Position numbers and translations under genes: made by a program. Below the pieces are notes generated by a model that saw only the letters and a list, made by a program, of their open reading frames with translations, did not search any database and was not told the DNA's origin. From positions 1 through 64,000 of the IMG/VR virus record IMGVR_UViG_3300027793_000063: a stretch of DNA of 64,000 nt. The stretch is one strand, 5' to 3'. The DNA comes from a virus. Lineage: Duplodnaviria > Caudoviricetes. Below, piece after piece: positions 36,019-45,440 of this stretch (the first letter of the stretch is position 1; every line of letters begins with the position of its first letter).

Positions 36019-38129
36019 TTGTAGATGTGTTCAACTTTTGGCCACACGTTGGAGTTCTGCGAATACCACGCCAAGCCGAGGGCTCGAGACACGCCGCGGC
36101 TGACACTGTTTCCGATGGCCCTAATGATCTCAGTCTTTGTGCAATGGCTCCATTTCATATCGTCTGGAAAGCCCATCGCGCGCTGCAGCTCCAGTGGCGT
36201 CAGCATGCGATAGAACAGGTCGATCTTGATCAGCTTCCCGTCCAGTTCGATCACCGGGTAGACCAGGGCGTGCCCGGCCTTGGTGCGCACGGTCGGCAGC
36301 GGCTCGTCGATCGACTTCCCCTCCGAGCCGTTGCTGTAGTAGACGTAGATCCACGGCTTGGCGTCGACCTTGCCCCGGCGCTTCAGCTCCGCCACCAGAT
36401 GGTTGAGGAACGTGGTGGCGCGCGAGGTGTCCACGCCCTTCTCGCTGCACGCGTGAAGGAACCGGTCTGACACCACCTCGAGCTCGACCTCGATGCAGGT
36501 CTGGCTCGCCTTGGTCACGATTGTGCGGACCGGGGCGTCGACCGGGTAGGTCCCGTCGTTGCCCCTGGCGCCGCCTGTCTGGTCGATGGCGAACATGAAC
36601 GCCTCGGCGATGGCCTGGTGGCTGCCGCCGGCCGTGGAGGTGCGCAATGGATCGTCCACGCTCTTGCAGACGCCGGTGCCGCGCTGGTTGTCCGGCATGG
36701 CGATCTCGGGCTGCATCACGTAGTGCCCTTGGGACGTCGTAAGCGACGTCAGGGGGCTGTCGATGCTCTGAGCGGTGCTCTGACCCTTCAGCTGGACGAT
36801 CGACGGCTCCACGAGGCCCTCACCGGTCATGGTGGTGGTCACCGTGCTAACCGGTGTGTCGACGCCCTTCACCCAGTCCTTTTTGCTGCCGGCATGGTGC
36901 GGGATGATGTAGGCCTCTGACCTCACGACGCCGCCGGCGCCGTGGCTCGTAACCGTGGGTACCGGGTCGTCCACGCTGTGCGTCCTGGGCTCTTGGCCTG
37001 GGGCTTCGCCGAAGTTCGGCGTGATGAATTCCCCTTCAGCCTTCACCAGTCCGCGCTCACCCTTTGCGGTGAACGTCTGGAGCGGCTGGTCCACGTCGTG
37101 CACACGACGATCACAGTCCGACGCCTTCGGGCTGCCATGAGCCGAGCTGATCAGGAACTCGCGCAGTCCGTATTTCACCAACCCGATGGCCAGGCGGCGG
37201 AACGTATTGTCAGCGAGGTTTTTGTTCCTCGTAAACACGCTCAGGCCCTTCAACTCCCACTGAATGACGCTGGTCCGAGCGGTACGCCAGTCCATCGGAC
37301 GCCCGTGCCCGGTGCCGCGCTCCCCGGCGTAGGGGTCCGGCCAGACGATCTTCTTACCTGAATCCTTGCGGACGAAGTAGACGAACAGCCTCTGGCGGAT
37401 GGTGGGGTCACCGTAGTCAGCGGACTTGAGGACGCGGTAGTCGGACTCGTATCCCAGCGCCTGCATCTCGGCGATCCATGCCTGGAAGTATTCGCCGCGG
37501 CGCTCCTTGTCCGGCACCTCGTAGGGTTGGTAGCCGGCAGCCTTCATGCGCTTGCCCCAGTCTGTCTCGGTCTCTTTCGCCCGTCGGCGCTCCTTTTTCC
37601 GCAACTTTACTGGTCGGCCCTTCCGAGCCCACATGAGTTCGTCCACGATTGGTGGACCCGCCTTCTCCGGCCAACGCTTCTGGATCACAGGGCCATAGGT
37701 CAGAAATTCTCTCACGTTCTCACATATCACAGCTTCAGGACGCAAGTGGCGCACCCAATCGACTACGCTGAAGGCGTGACTTCTGCCTTGCTCAGTCACG
37801 CAGGTTGCTCCCCTGGCCACGCTGAAATGAACGCAGCTCGGACTAGCCCAAAGCAGGCTGCAATTTGTACCGTGCGGAAACACAGCGACCGGATCTAACA
37901 AAAACAGATCCTCCATGATATGCCGGTGCTCAGGGTGGTTAGCTTGGTGAATCTCAATAGCCTTGTCCCAGTGATTGACGAATGTTCCGCGCACGTCGCG
38001 TTGCAGTATGACGTTGGCATCGAGCAGGCCACCACCTGAACCACCACAGCCGCAGTAGAGGTCAACTAGGTTATCACGCCGATCGTCAACTTGCCTCTCT
38101 GACAGCACTATCAGATTGTTTTCTCGCAC
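36015..38129 (-). CDS. C5-cytosine DNA methyltransferase
   Basis: DLYCGCGG (I), ASPSC (IV), ENV (VI), RQR (VIII), RAMGFP (IX), IGNSV (X). Confidence 0.92.
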   Translation of the reverse strand: MRENNLIVLSERQVDDRRDNLVDLYCGCGGSGGGLLDANVILQRDVRGTFVNHWDKAIEIHQANHPEHRHIMEDLFLLDPVAVFPHGTNCSLLWASPSCVHFSVARGATCVTEQGRSHAFSVVDWVRHLRPEAVICENVREFLTYGPVIQKRWPEKAGPPIVDELMWARKGRPVKLRKKERRRAKETETDWGKRMKAAGYQPYEVPDKERRGEYFQAWIAEMQALGYESDYRVLKSADYGDPTIRQRLFVYFVRKDSGKKIVWPDPYAGERGTGHGRPMDWRTARTSVIQWELKGLSVFTRNKNLADNTFRRLAIGLVKYGLREFLISSAHGSPKASDCDRRVHDVDQPLQTFTAKGERGLVKAEGEFITPNFGEAPGQEPRTHSVDDPVPTVTSHGAGGVVRSEAYIIPHHAGSKKDWVKGVDTPVSTVTTTMTGEGLVEPSIVQLKGQSTAQSIDSPLTSLTTSQGHYVMQPEIAMPDNQRGTGVCKSVDDPLRTSTAGGSHQAIAEAFMFAIDQTGGARGNDGTYPVDAPVRTIVTKASQTCIEVELEVVSDRFLHACSEKGVDTSRATTFLNHLVAELKRRGKVDAKPWIYVYYSNGSEGKSIDEPLPTVRTKAGHALVYPVIELDGKLIKIDLFYRMLTPLELQRAMGFPDDMKWSHCTKTEIIRAIGNSVSRGVSRALGLAWYSQNSNVWPKVEHIYK

Positions 38130-38790
38130 TTTGTAATTTCTTATGAGTTAGATACCAGCTATACGCCTCCTCCGGTGTCGCGAACTGTTGCGACTCCAGT
38201 CTCTTTCCGCTTACTAATATGCGCGCCTTATAGGCAGATCGTCTCTTTTTGACGCCTGGGTAGCCTGTTTTGTTAGACTGCGGTTTAGGCTTGAATCCGC
38301 AGCCTTTTTTAGCTTTGGGTCGCGTCGGCGTATGCAACGCTTTTTCTAGTGACCAGTTTAACGGCGCGCTCAAGCGCTTCTGCACTGCGGCGTAACTGAT
38401 TCCTGCCAATTCGCACGCTTCGGCTAAGCACATAGTCAACCCGCGGAATACTATCATGCGAGATGAGCGCCTATTGCGGGAGTTCACCTTACGACTCACC
38501 CATCTGCAGTTATGTCTGTCGTATCCTAGCTCGTTATCCCGCCTGTCGATTTCGTGTCCTGCGCTCGGCTTCCTGCCCATATCGGACAGAAAAGCGTCGA
38601 AGTCTGTCAACCATTCGGCGCACACTTTGATTCCTCGCCCTCCATAATTGTCCCACGCGGGGTCAGTGGGACGCGTGCACCGATTTACCAGCCCTCGCCA
38701 AATGCGATACTCCTGCGTGTAAGATTGTCCATGTTTGCATGCTCTTGGTGGTTGAGCTTCTGGAGGTGTGATCTCTATCATGGTCCCCAT
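38086..38790 (-). CDS. HNH-type homing endonuclease with AP2-like C-terminus
   Basis: YRIW...RC...YGGRGIKVC.EW...IDRRDNELGY...NCRW; NKTGYPGV... Confidence 0.85.
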   Translation of the reverse strand: MGTMIEITPPEAQPPRACKHGQSYTQEYRIWRGLVNRCTRPTDPAWDNYGGRGIKVCAEWLTDFDAFLSDMGRKPSAGHEIDRRDNELGYDRHNCRWVSRKVNSRNRRSSRMIVFRGLTMCLAEACELAGISYAAVQKRLSAPLNWSLEKALHTPTRPKAKKGCGFKPKPQSNKTGYPGVKKRRSAYKARILVSGKRLESQQFATPEEAYSWYLTHKKLQSARKQSDSAVREAS

Positions 38791-38843
38791 TACGCATCTC
38801 GTAGCGTTAAATGCAAGAGTTATTTAATTGGGGCTCTAGTCGA

Positions 38844-39104
38844 TCATTTCGACTTCCTCCTCGCCTGACGCAGGGCCGGTAGGATTTTTCCGTTCGCGCA
38901 CATCCAGCGTCTGCCCGTGTAATTCATCGCGCGCGACATCAGCGTTCCCATGTCTACGGCACCAGCGCAAGGGTATCCTCCATCGTGGGACTTGTAGCTG
39001 AACGCGGTCGCCGGTTTACCGTTGTAAGGCTTCCAGCTGCGCCCAGTCCACATGTGGATATCCGTCGCGCCCTTCGGCGGGCGGCAGAGTTTCGACTTTT
39101 TCAC
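38844..39104 (-). CDS. hypothetical basic protein
   Basis: GTGA-coupled. Confidence 0.5.
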   Translation of the reverse strand: MKKSKLCRPPKGATDIHMWTGRSWKPYNGKPATAFSYKSHDGGYPCAGAVDMGTLMSRAMNYTGRRWMCANGKILPALRQARRKSK

Positions 39105-39373
39105 GGCTTCACCCCCATCCGCCGCAGGTGCATCTCCGCGTCCATCTTGGCACGCTCCCAGTCTGCCCACGCGTCTGGGTAGCCGGTCTTGTCGAAGCAC
39201 TCGTTCGCGTAGTTGACCTCCTCGATGAGGGCTTTCGACACGGTGATGAGGGCGTCGTGCGAGTCGTTCATGCGTCCGCCGCGGGCCGACCGCAGGGCAG
39301 CCTCGAACTTGTTCTTCTTGGTGGTCAGCCGGGTCTTGAGGCGGCGATACTGCGACTGGTCGAAGTCGCTCAT
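39101..39373 (-). CDS. hypothetical protein (paralog of next gene)
   Basis: F..TGYP...WE. Confidence 0.6.
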   Translation of the reverse strand: MSDFDQSQYRRLKTRLTTKKNKFEAALRSARGGRMNDSHDALITVSKALIEEVNYANECFDKTGYPDAWADWERAKMDAEMHLRRMGVKP

Positions 39374-39633
39374 ACGGTTGCCCCCAGACTGCGCATTTGC
39401 TGCTCCGCCGTCGCCCGGCCCGTCTCCCAGCGTTCCAACTTCTCGGACGTCGGGTAGCCGGTCTCGGCGAAGGCCTCCACTGCCCGCCAGAACGCGCGAA
39501 TGAACTCTCGGGCGGCCCGTATGACGGCACGCACGGTCGCCGCGCTCCGGCTGACTGTAGTCTGATGCACAGCTTGGAGGAGCTGCGCGTGCGATGCGTT
39601 GAGACGGGATTCGATTTGTTTGTGCTTTTTCAT
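39370..39633 (-). CDS. hypothetical protein (paralog of previous gene)
   Basis: F..TGYP...WE. Confidence 0.6.
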   Translation of the reverse strand: MKKHKQIESRLNASHAQLLQAVHQTTVSRSAATVRAVIRAAREFIRAFWRAVEAFAETGYPTSEKLERWETGRATAEQQMRSLGATV

Positions 39634-39687
39634 GGTTGGTTGGTTAGTTGGCTTGGTTGGTTGGTTCCTCTTTGGTATTCATACCGG

Positions 39688-39918
39688 TCACGCGACCTCT
39701 TTCACGTAGACATTGGCGTACTCGGCCGGGCATCGCACCACGAAGGTCGACGGCACCGCCTGTCTGAACTTCTCGGGCCACACGGACGGCATCCTTACCC
39801 ACTCGTCCCGCTTCTTCGGCGAGTTAAAGTGGACTACCTCCGTCCGCATTCCGCCGCTGGTGTAGTAGCAGTCGCTCCCGAAGGGCGACTCGTAGCACCT
39901 GATGGCTTAGTATTTCAT
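39688..39918 (-). pseudogene. disrupted small gene
   Basis: MKY*AIRCYESPFG..., then a frameshift into ...VVHFNSPKKRDEWV...KEVA*. Confidence 0.4.
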
Positions 39919-39922
39919 AAGC

Positions 39923-40507
39923 CTAGTTTGCTGGGTCCTCTTTGTCCGGATACAGTCCGCGCTTCTCGTCGCGCCGCTGCTCCTCGATCACTGCCGCTCT
40001 GCGGTCCGCCACGTCGCGCTCGGCCTCAGCGCGGTCCGTATAGACGATCCCTCGGCAGTCGCCCTGCGTGGTCATGTAGGCCAGTTCGTTCTGCGCCTCG
40101 TCCACGCTTGTGAACGTCTCGATCACGCCGGTGCCGGCCCACACAACGTAGGCGCTCGGCTCCTCCGGATCTTCGGACAGCACGGTGTCGTAGTATTCGG
40201 TGGCATCCCACGCCAGGCCCTCCATGGATACGAGCTTCACACCGTGCCTGCGCAAGATGGTCACAAACTCCTCGTCGTTCTGCGGCTGTGCGAGGAGCAA
40301 GTCGCCGATGTTGAGATCCTCTCTGGACGTCCCCCAGACCTCCCGCCCGGCTTGGGTGTCGTCGACCCACTCGGTAATCCCGCGCTTGAACATCTCCATC
40401 GCGTCCGTGCTGGAGGCAGTCTCGTCGTCGGTCTCCAGGATAAGCACGGCGGCGTTCGTCATGCCTGCCATCCCCTGCCTGGTGAACAGAATCGTGTGCT
40501 TCTTCAT
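39923..40507 (-). CDS. hypothetical acidic protein
   Basis: Coupled ORF. Confidence 0.6.
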   Translation of the reverse strand: MKKHTILFTRQGMAGMTNAAVLILETDDETASSTDAMEMFKRGITEWVDDTQAGREVWGTSREDLNIGDLLLAQPQNDEEFVTILRRHGVKLVSMEGLAWDATEYYDTVLSEDPEEPSAYVVWAGTGVIETFTSVDEAQNELAYMTTQGDCRGIVYTDRAEAERDVADRRAAVIEEQRRDEKRGLYPDKEDPAN

Positions 40508-40827
40508 GATTTGTTCGGTTTCGGCAGCTTCTGCAGCAGCACATCGGACGCCGCCGCGAGCCTTGCCATCTGGCCCATAGTCCTCGCATTGGCGAAGCCC
40601 CGGAGAAGTCGCAGCATCTTCGGGATCGCCAGGATCAGCTTGATGTTCGCGCGGTCCTCGTTCGTCATGACGCGCTCGTCCATGTTTCCATCCGCCCGCC
40701 CGGACGCCACATGGGCAGCGCACACGTCCAGCTTGACGTTTCCGATGTCCACGCCGGCCAGGTTGCCGTCGTCGTCGCGCACCTCGACAGCCTTCCATGG
40801 GAACGGAGTGTGTCCGGAGCGGCTCAT
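40504..40827 (-). CDS. hypothetical protein
   Basis: HTPFPW...ANIKLILAIPKML, phage domain. Confidence 0.6.
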   Translation of the reverse strand: MSRSGHTPFPWKAVEVRDDDGNLAGVDIGNVKLDVCAAHVASGRADGNMDERVMTNEDRANIKLILAIPKMLRLLRGFANARTMGQMARLAAASDVLLQKLPKPNKS

Positions 40828-40996
40828 TTCGAGTCCTCCACGTTCCAGTCGGTTACTTGGAAGTCCTCGACGCTGGCTTTATCCCCGCAGTTCAGTTCCA
40901 GGTGCAGCTCCGCTGAATCCATGACCTCAGACACTTCGACACCTTCGTCGACGCGCAGCTTCAGGGTGGTCGACACCGTGAGAAAGACGTCGCGCG

Positions 40997-42100
40997 TCAT
41001 TTCGAGTCCTCCTCGGCCGGGTGCAGATCCACGGTGATGTGGCCCTGGTCGTCGCACACGTATGCCGTGCGTCCGTCGTCGTGCCGATACCAGTGTTCGG
41101 TGCCCACGCCGGTCGAGGGGCCGTCAGTCGGCGTCCACTCATCCGAGTTGGTGCCCGTTTCCGTGCACAACTTCCGCATGTGCGCAGGCAGACTCTCGTA
41201 GTCGCCCTGCGCGTCGTCGGCCTCCTCGTCGCCGATGAACACGACGCGCAGCTCGGCGACGCGGCGGCCCCAATCTTTGTCTCCCACATACCTTGCGGTC
41301 ACTGGATAGACCCCATCCCCGAATCCAGTGCGGGTGACCACGCCCGCTCCCGCATGCCCCTTCGTGTAGTTCAACTGCCCTCCATGGAGCTTGTGATCGT
41401 CGGTCGCAGCGCAAGCTCCAGAGTAGGAGAACTCGCCCGGGTTTTTGCGGATTGCTGGTATCGCGTAAACGACGCGTTCCTCGGCCATCTGGTTCATCGT
41501 CTTGCCGTATTTCTCAACCACGGCAGCGTATGAATCGAACCCGATTGCGTCCTTCTGCGGAGCGGCCCCGTGCAACGTGCAATACAGGATGGTGCCGTCC
41601 TTGTGCCGGTAAGCCGGCGCTACCATTCTCGTTTCCGCATCTGCTTTCTTCCACTCGTCCTCGATGTAGCACGGGTCACATAGCATGAGCTGCCCGGAGT
41701 CCACGCCGACCACGCCGACCTCCATCCACTCATCGTCCTTGGGTGGCGTGTCGATGATCATCTCGTTGTCGCACTCCTCGCTGTTGACGAACTCGATGAA
41801 GCTCAGCGGCGTCCAGCCTTCGCTCTCGATTCGTTCCAGGTTGTCGTTGACATACTTGGTGTATGCCTGGGTGGCCGTCATGCGCGCCGGCACGACACGC
41901 ACGGACAGATTGTCCGTGACCCACTCCAGCGTCTGGCTTACGCCATTCGCGTCCAGGTAATGTCCCTGACCGCAGTGACGATGTAGGAACCTTGCAGCCG
42001 CGCAGACCAGTTCGTCCAGCGTGGGATACGGATACGGGAATAGCGGACGGTTGTCAGGTCCGATGAGTAGGTAGCCCTCCGGCTTAGGTTGTTTGCTCAT
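40997..42100 (-). CDS. protein with DUF4241-like domain
   Basis: VGVDSGQLMLCDP...TGFGDGVYPV. Confidence 0.6.
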   Translation of the reverse strand: MSKQPKPEGYLLIGPDNRPLFPYPYPTLDELVCAAARFLHRHCGQGHYLDANGVSQTLEWVTDNLSVRVVPARMTATQAYTKYVNDNLERIESEGWTPLSFIEFVNSEECDNEMIIDTPPKDDEWMEVGVVGVDSGQLMLCDPCYIEDEWKKADAETRMVAPAYRHKDGTILYCTLHGAAPQKDAIGFDSYAAVVEKYGKTMNQMAEERVVYAIPAIRKNPGEFSYSGACAATDDHKLHGGQLNYTKGHAGAGVVTRTGFGDGVYPVTARYVGDKDWGRRVAELRVVFIGDEEADDAQGDYESLPAHMRKLCTETGTNSDEWTPTDGPSTGVGTEHWYRHDDGRTAYVCDDQGHITVDLHPAEEDSK

Positions 42101-42101
42101 G

Positions 42102-42644
42102 CTATTTGTGGTGTTTTGTGAATTGTTCCAGCGCGAAGCGCGGATGGAAGATGCCTTCCAGTTTTCCTGTGTTGCGGTTGATGGCGCGACGGATGCCGTT
42201 CACGTCGTGGACGAACTCCTCGTCGGATGCATCCCGCAGTTCCGCCAGCTTTAGCTGGCAGCCGTTGGCGTGGCAGGCGGTGATGTCCATATCCCACTGC
42301 AAGACGCTGGCGACCGGCAGCAGTCCCATGTCACCAAGTGTTTGCGCACGCTTCGCGATGCTGTTGATGAGGCTGTCCTCGTAGCGACTGACCGTCAGGT
42401 TCAGCTTTTCGTCTGTCACTTCTGTATGCTCGCGGACTTCCTGGCGTCTCACTACTTCGGGTTCGTATCGCACCCCCTCCTCGCTGTATTGCGTGTAATC
42501 AGTGTTGGCCGCCTCGGTAAGGGCTGACTCTATTGCAACTTCCTCTGCGCGCTCTGGGTCCGTGTAATAACTTGCGATTTCAAGAGGAAACGTCGCACGA
42601 CGATAGGAGTGTCTGGTGACTTCAATATCAAACTGTATGCTCAT
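42102..42644 (-). CDS. protein with C-terminal DUF6874-like domain
   Basis: MDITACH...FVHDVNGIRRAINRNTGKL...PRFA. Confidence 0.55.
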   Translation of the reverse strand: MSIQFDIEVTRHSYRRATFPLEIASYYTDPERAEEVAIESALTEAANTDYTQYSEEGVRYEPEVVRRQEVREHTEVTDEKLNLTVSRYEDSLINSIAKRAQTLGDMGLLPVASVLQWDMDITACHANGCQLKLAELRDASDEEFVHDVNGIRRAINRNTGKLEGIFHPRFALEQFTKHHK

Positions 42645-42646
42645 GA

Positions 42647-43687
42647 TTATGTTTCGGCGAGTAGTGTCCCCAGGGCTGGATACGACACGAAGAACCGCGG
42701 CACCGGTGTGTGCTCGTCCTTCAGCTTGTGCTCGCGTATCAGCTCCGCGGCGCGCTGACCTCCCAGCTTCCCCCACTCGAGCGCACCATCCCCGTTCAGG
42801 ACGACCCCCGCCGTGTGGGGATAATACCGGTGCCCGCTTTTGACCATGTAGACGCCACTCACATAAGGCCCGTGCGGCGCGGCCAGTTGCAGGAGCTTTG
42901 AGCCGAAGACGATCTCCGCAGGCAGGCAGCCATACACGCCGATCATGATGGAGTCCGGGTGCGTCCTCAGCCCGATGTTGCGGGCCCGAGCCAGGTAGTC
43001 CCGGACGTCGTCGAAGCCATTCTTGATCCCTGGTGCACCCAGTGTCATCAGCGGTAGCGACAGGAACCCGCGACCTTTGGCGTCGCGCAGCAGGTCGAAC
43101 TTCTTGTCCTCGTCACGCTCACGCTTGGCGGTGATGTCCCACTTCCCTTTTCGGTCGTAGGACACACTAACCCACGTCGGGTGATCGGCGGCCTCGATGG
43201 CCATGAACAGCAGATTCGCGCGGGCATGTCCCCAGGTGGCTACGGTCATCGGATGTCCGCCGCCTTCGTATTCTTTGCCTGCCGCCTTCATCGCCTTCTT
43301 CCTGGCACGAGTCCACACAGCCTCCTCCGCGGCCTCTGCCGCCCAGATCTTCTCGTGCGCGGGAAGGTCGATGAGTTTAGCCAGCCGCTCAGCGTCGATG
43401 TAGTCGCCCACGTTGGACGGTATGTCGAAGCACTCGACCTTCCACTTCTTGCGGGCCTCGATCAGGATGTCGACGTAGCGGTTGCATTCGTCATCCTCCA
43501 GCGCGCTCAGTTTGATCTGCCCTGTGCCCAGCGGCATGAAGTCGGGGGAGCCACGCTCCCCTTTCTCACGCTCGATTTTCTGGTCCGCTTCGTCCCATAA
43601 CCCGAGGGCTTTGGACTGTTTCTTTAACCAGGCGTCTGCCCGATGCCGCTTGTCGTCAGGCGCGCGGAATTTCAGGTATGTTCCCAT
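42647..43687 (-). CDS. hypothetical protein
   Basis: 346-aa ORF. Confidence 0.65.
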   Translation of the reverse strand: MGTYLKFRAPDDKRHRADAWLKKQSKALGLWDEADQKIEREKGERGSPDFMPLGTGQIKLSALEDDECNRYVDILIEARKKWKVECFDIPSNVGDYIDAERLAKLIDLPAHEKIWAAEAAEEAVWTRARKKAMKAAGKEYEGGGHPMTVATWGHARANLLFMAIEAADHPTWVSVSYDRKGKWDITAKRERDEDKKFDLLRDAKGRGFLSLPLMTLGAPGIKNGFDDVRDYLARARNIGLRTHPDSIMIGVYGCLPAEIVFGSKLLQLAAPHGPYVSGVYMVKSGHRYYPHTAGVVLNGDGALEWGKLGGQRAAELIREHKLKDEHTPVPRFFVSYPALGTLLAET

Positions 43688-43705
43688 GTGTTTACGGTTT
43701 CAGTT

Positions 43706-44557
43706 TCACGCCATCAGCGACATCTTCCCGAGCGCCTCCTCCATGTTGAAGTCGCGCCCGTCGAAGTGCAGGTCGCGCTCGGCCGGCATCTTAAACCGGG
43801 GGCCGCGGATGGTCTCCAGTTCCTTGAGGCTCACCGTGCCATACTCGACGCATCCGAGGCCGAGGTCGCAGACAGCCCACAACGTGTCTCCGTCGTCCTC
43901 GATGCTGCACAGCAGCCACGTCGCCGAGCCCTCCGGCAGGAAGATCTTGTAGATCGGCTGCGGCTCCTTGCCGACGGCCGCACGCAGCTTCGCCTTCATC
44001 GCATCGGTCAGCAGCGACTTGCGCTCCGGTTCTTTCGGCGCCGCGCGCTCCATCTCCACGGGCTGCCCCAGTGCCGTCAGCAGCTTCTTCTTGAAGTCGT
44101 GGTCGGCAATCGCCCGTGTGTTCCTGACGCTGTCCTTCTTCTCGACGAGCAGCGTCAGGGTGTGACTCCACCCCAGCGTATGCAGCACCAAGTGCTTCTT
44201 GAGGTAGTCGATCAGCGCATCGGTGCCCTCCTCGTTGTAGTCGATGAAGCGTCCGCCCTTGCCGTCCATGACGAGCGACCGGAATCCGCCTTCGGCGCGC
44301 GCGTGGGACTCGAAGATGGGGCGCGACTCCTCGTGACCGCGCAGCACGATGGCGCCGGCCCTCAGGACTCCCTCCAGTCCGTAGATCTTGCGACCGCGCG
44401 GCTCGGAGTAGCACAGCTTCTCGCCTTGCGACGTCTCAAGCCAGCCTTTGGACACGATGGGTTTGCGGACGTCGCAGCCAAACATCCCACCGCCGACAAC
44501 CAGCAGGGTGAATTTGGACTTTGGCTTGGATAGGATTTCGAGTGCAGGATTTCTCAT
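43706..44557 (-). CDS. protein with C-terminal DUF2958 domain
   Basis: KIFLPEGSATWLL...CDLGLGCVEYGTVSLKEL...ERDLHF. Confidence 0.75.
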   Translation of the reverse strand: MRNPALEILSKPKSKFTLLVVGGGMFGCDVRKPIVSKGWLETSQGEKLCYSEPRGRKIYGLEGVLRAGAIVLRGHEESRPIFESHARAEGGFRSLVMDGKGGRFIDYNEEGTDALIDYLKKHLVLHTLGWSHTLTLLVEKKDSVRNTRAIADHDFKKKLLTALGQPVEMERAAPKEPERKSLLTDAMKAKLRAAVGKEPQPIYKIFLPEGSATWLLCSIEDDGDTLWAVCDLGLGCVEYGTVSLKELETIRGPRFKMPAERDLHFDGRDFNMEEALGKMSLMA

Positions 44558-44832
44558 GGGATTTTGATGAATAGTGTTTTCTGGTATTCCTCGGTGCGTC
44601 GGAACGGGTCCGACAGGTCTCCTTCGTCTGACTGCACCAGGCACCGTTTGCCTTTGTAGGTGCAGAACACCGGATTGAAGTTGCCGATCTGCTCAGCGCG
44701 CAGCACGCACTTGATCGTCTCCACCTTCTCGTGGTGTCCGTAGTTGCCGGTGATGGCGCCCATGGATTCACTGCCGTAATCCGTCTGGCCGGGCAGGTAG
44801 CGTCGGACCTCGACGGTGTGTTTCTTCTTCAT
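44554..44832 (-). CDS. hypothetical protein
   Basis: Coupled ORF. Confidence 0.55.
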   Translation of the reverse strand: MKKKHTVEVRRYLPGQTDYGSESMGAITGNYGHHEKVETIKCVLRAEQIGNFNPVFCTYKGKRCLVQSDEGDLSDPFRRTEEYQKTLFIKIP

Positions 44833-45440
44833 GTCAGATTGCTGACCCACACCAGCACCTCCTCGTTCCAGCCGTATTTTTCAGCCACCAGGATCTCCAG
44901 ATACCTCCAGATTTCTTCCGGGATACCGGGGCGGTCGGGAATCGACGGGTAGTCCGAACCTTCGCCTTGGCAGAAGGTGAAGAACACGTCCGAAAACGCG
45001 TTCGGCTCCTCGCCCTGGTGCCACGTCGCCGTGCCCTTGTGCGTGAGCCATCGGAAGAAGTCCGGATTCTCGAACCAGGCCGGCGCGTTGATGCGCAGCA
45101 GTTTCATGGAGCCGCTGTAGGAGTCGACCTTGAGCGCCTCGTCGTCGCACGACTTGTAGCGAGCCAGTCTGCGCGCGAGCGCCAGTAGAACCTGCGCGTC
45201 GCTTTCGAGGCCCGCAGAATCCGGTATCGTGTCAAACATCTGCAGACCAAACGCCGGCAGTAGATCGAATATATCCGTGAATGCCTGCGTCACGCACAGG
45301 TAGCGCGCGGCTCGCGCCTTGCCATCCATGGGCGACGCCAACGGCGACCTCTGTATGGCGTCCTCGATGATCGTCGACACCTCGGGCGACACCTGCGCCC
45401 ATATCTCGTCGAACTCCTGCGGAGTGAGTAGTGCGCTCAT
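44829..45440 (-). CDS. hypothetical protein
   Basis: Coupled ORF. Confidence 0.6.
   Translation of the reverse strand: MSALLTPQEFDEIWAQVSPEVSTIIEDAIQRSPLASPMDGKARAARYLCVTQAFTDIFDLLPAFGLQMFDTIPDSAGLESDAQVLLALARRLARYKSCDDEALKVDSYSGSMKLLRINAPAWFENPDFFRWLTHKGTATWHQGEEPNAFSDVFFTFCQGEGSDYPSIPDRPGIPEEIWRYLEILVAEKYGWNEEVLVWVSNLT

Noticed and set aside
39898-39906. Hammerhead-like CTGATG core
   Set aside because: Reads CTGATGG rather than CTGATGA, and no GAAA partner or stems in the correct arrangement.
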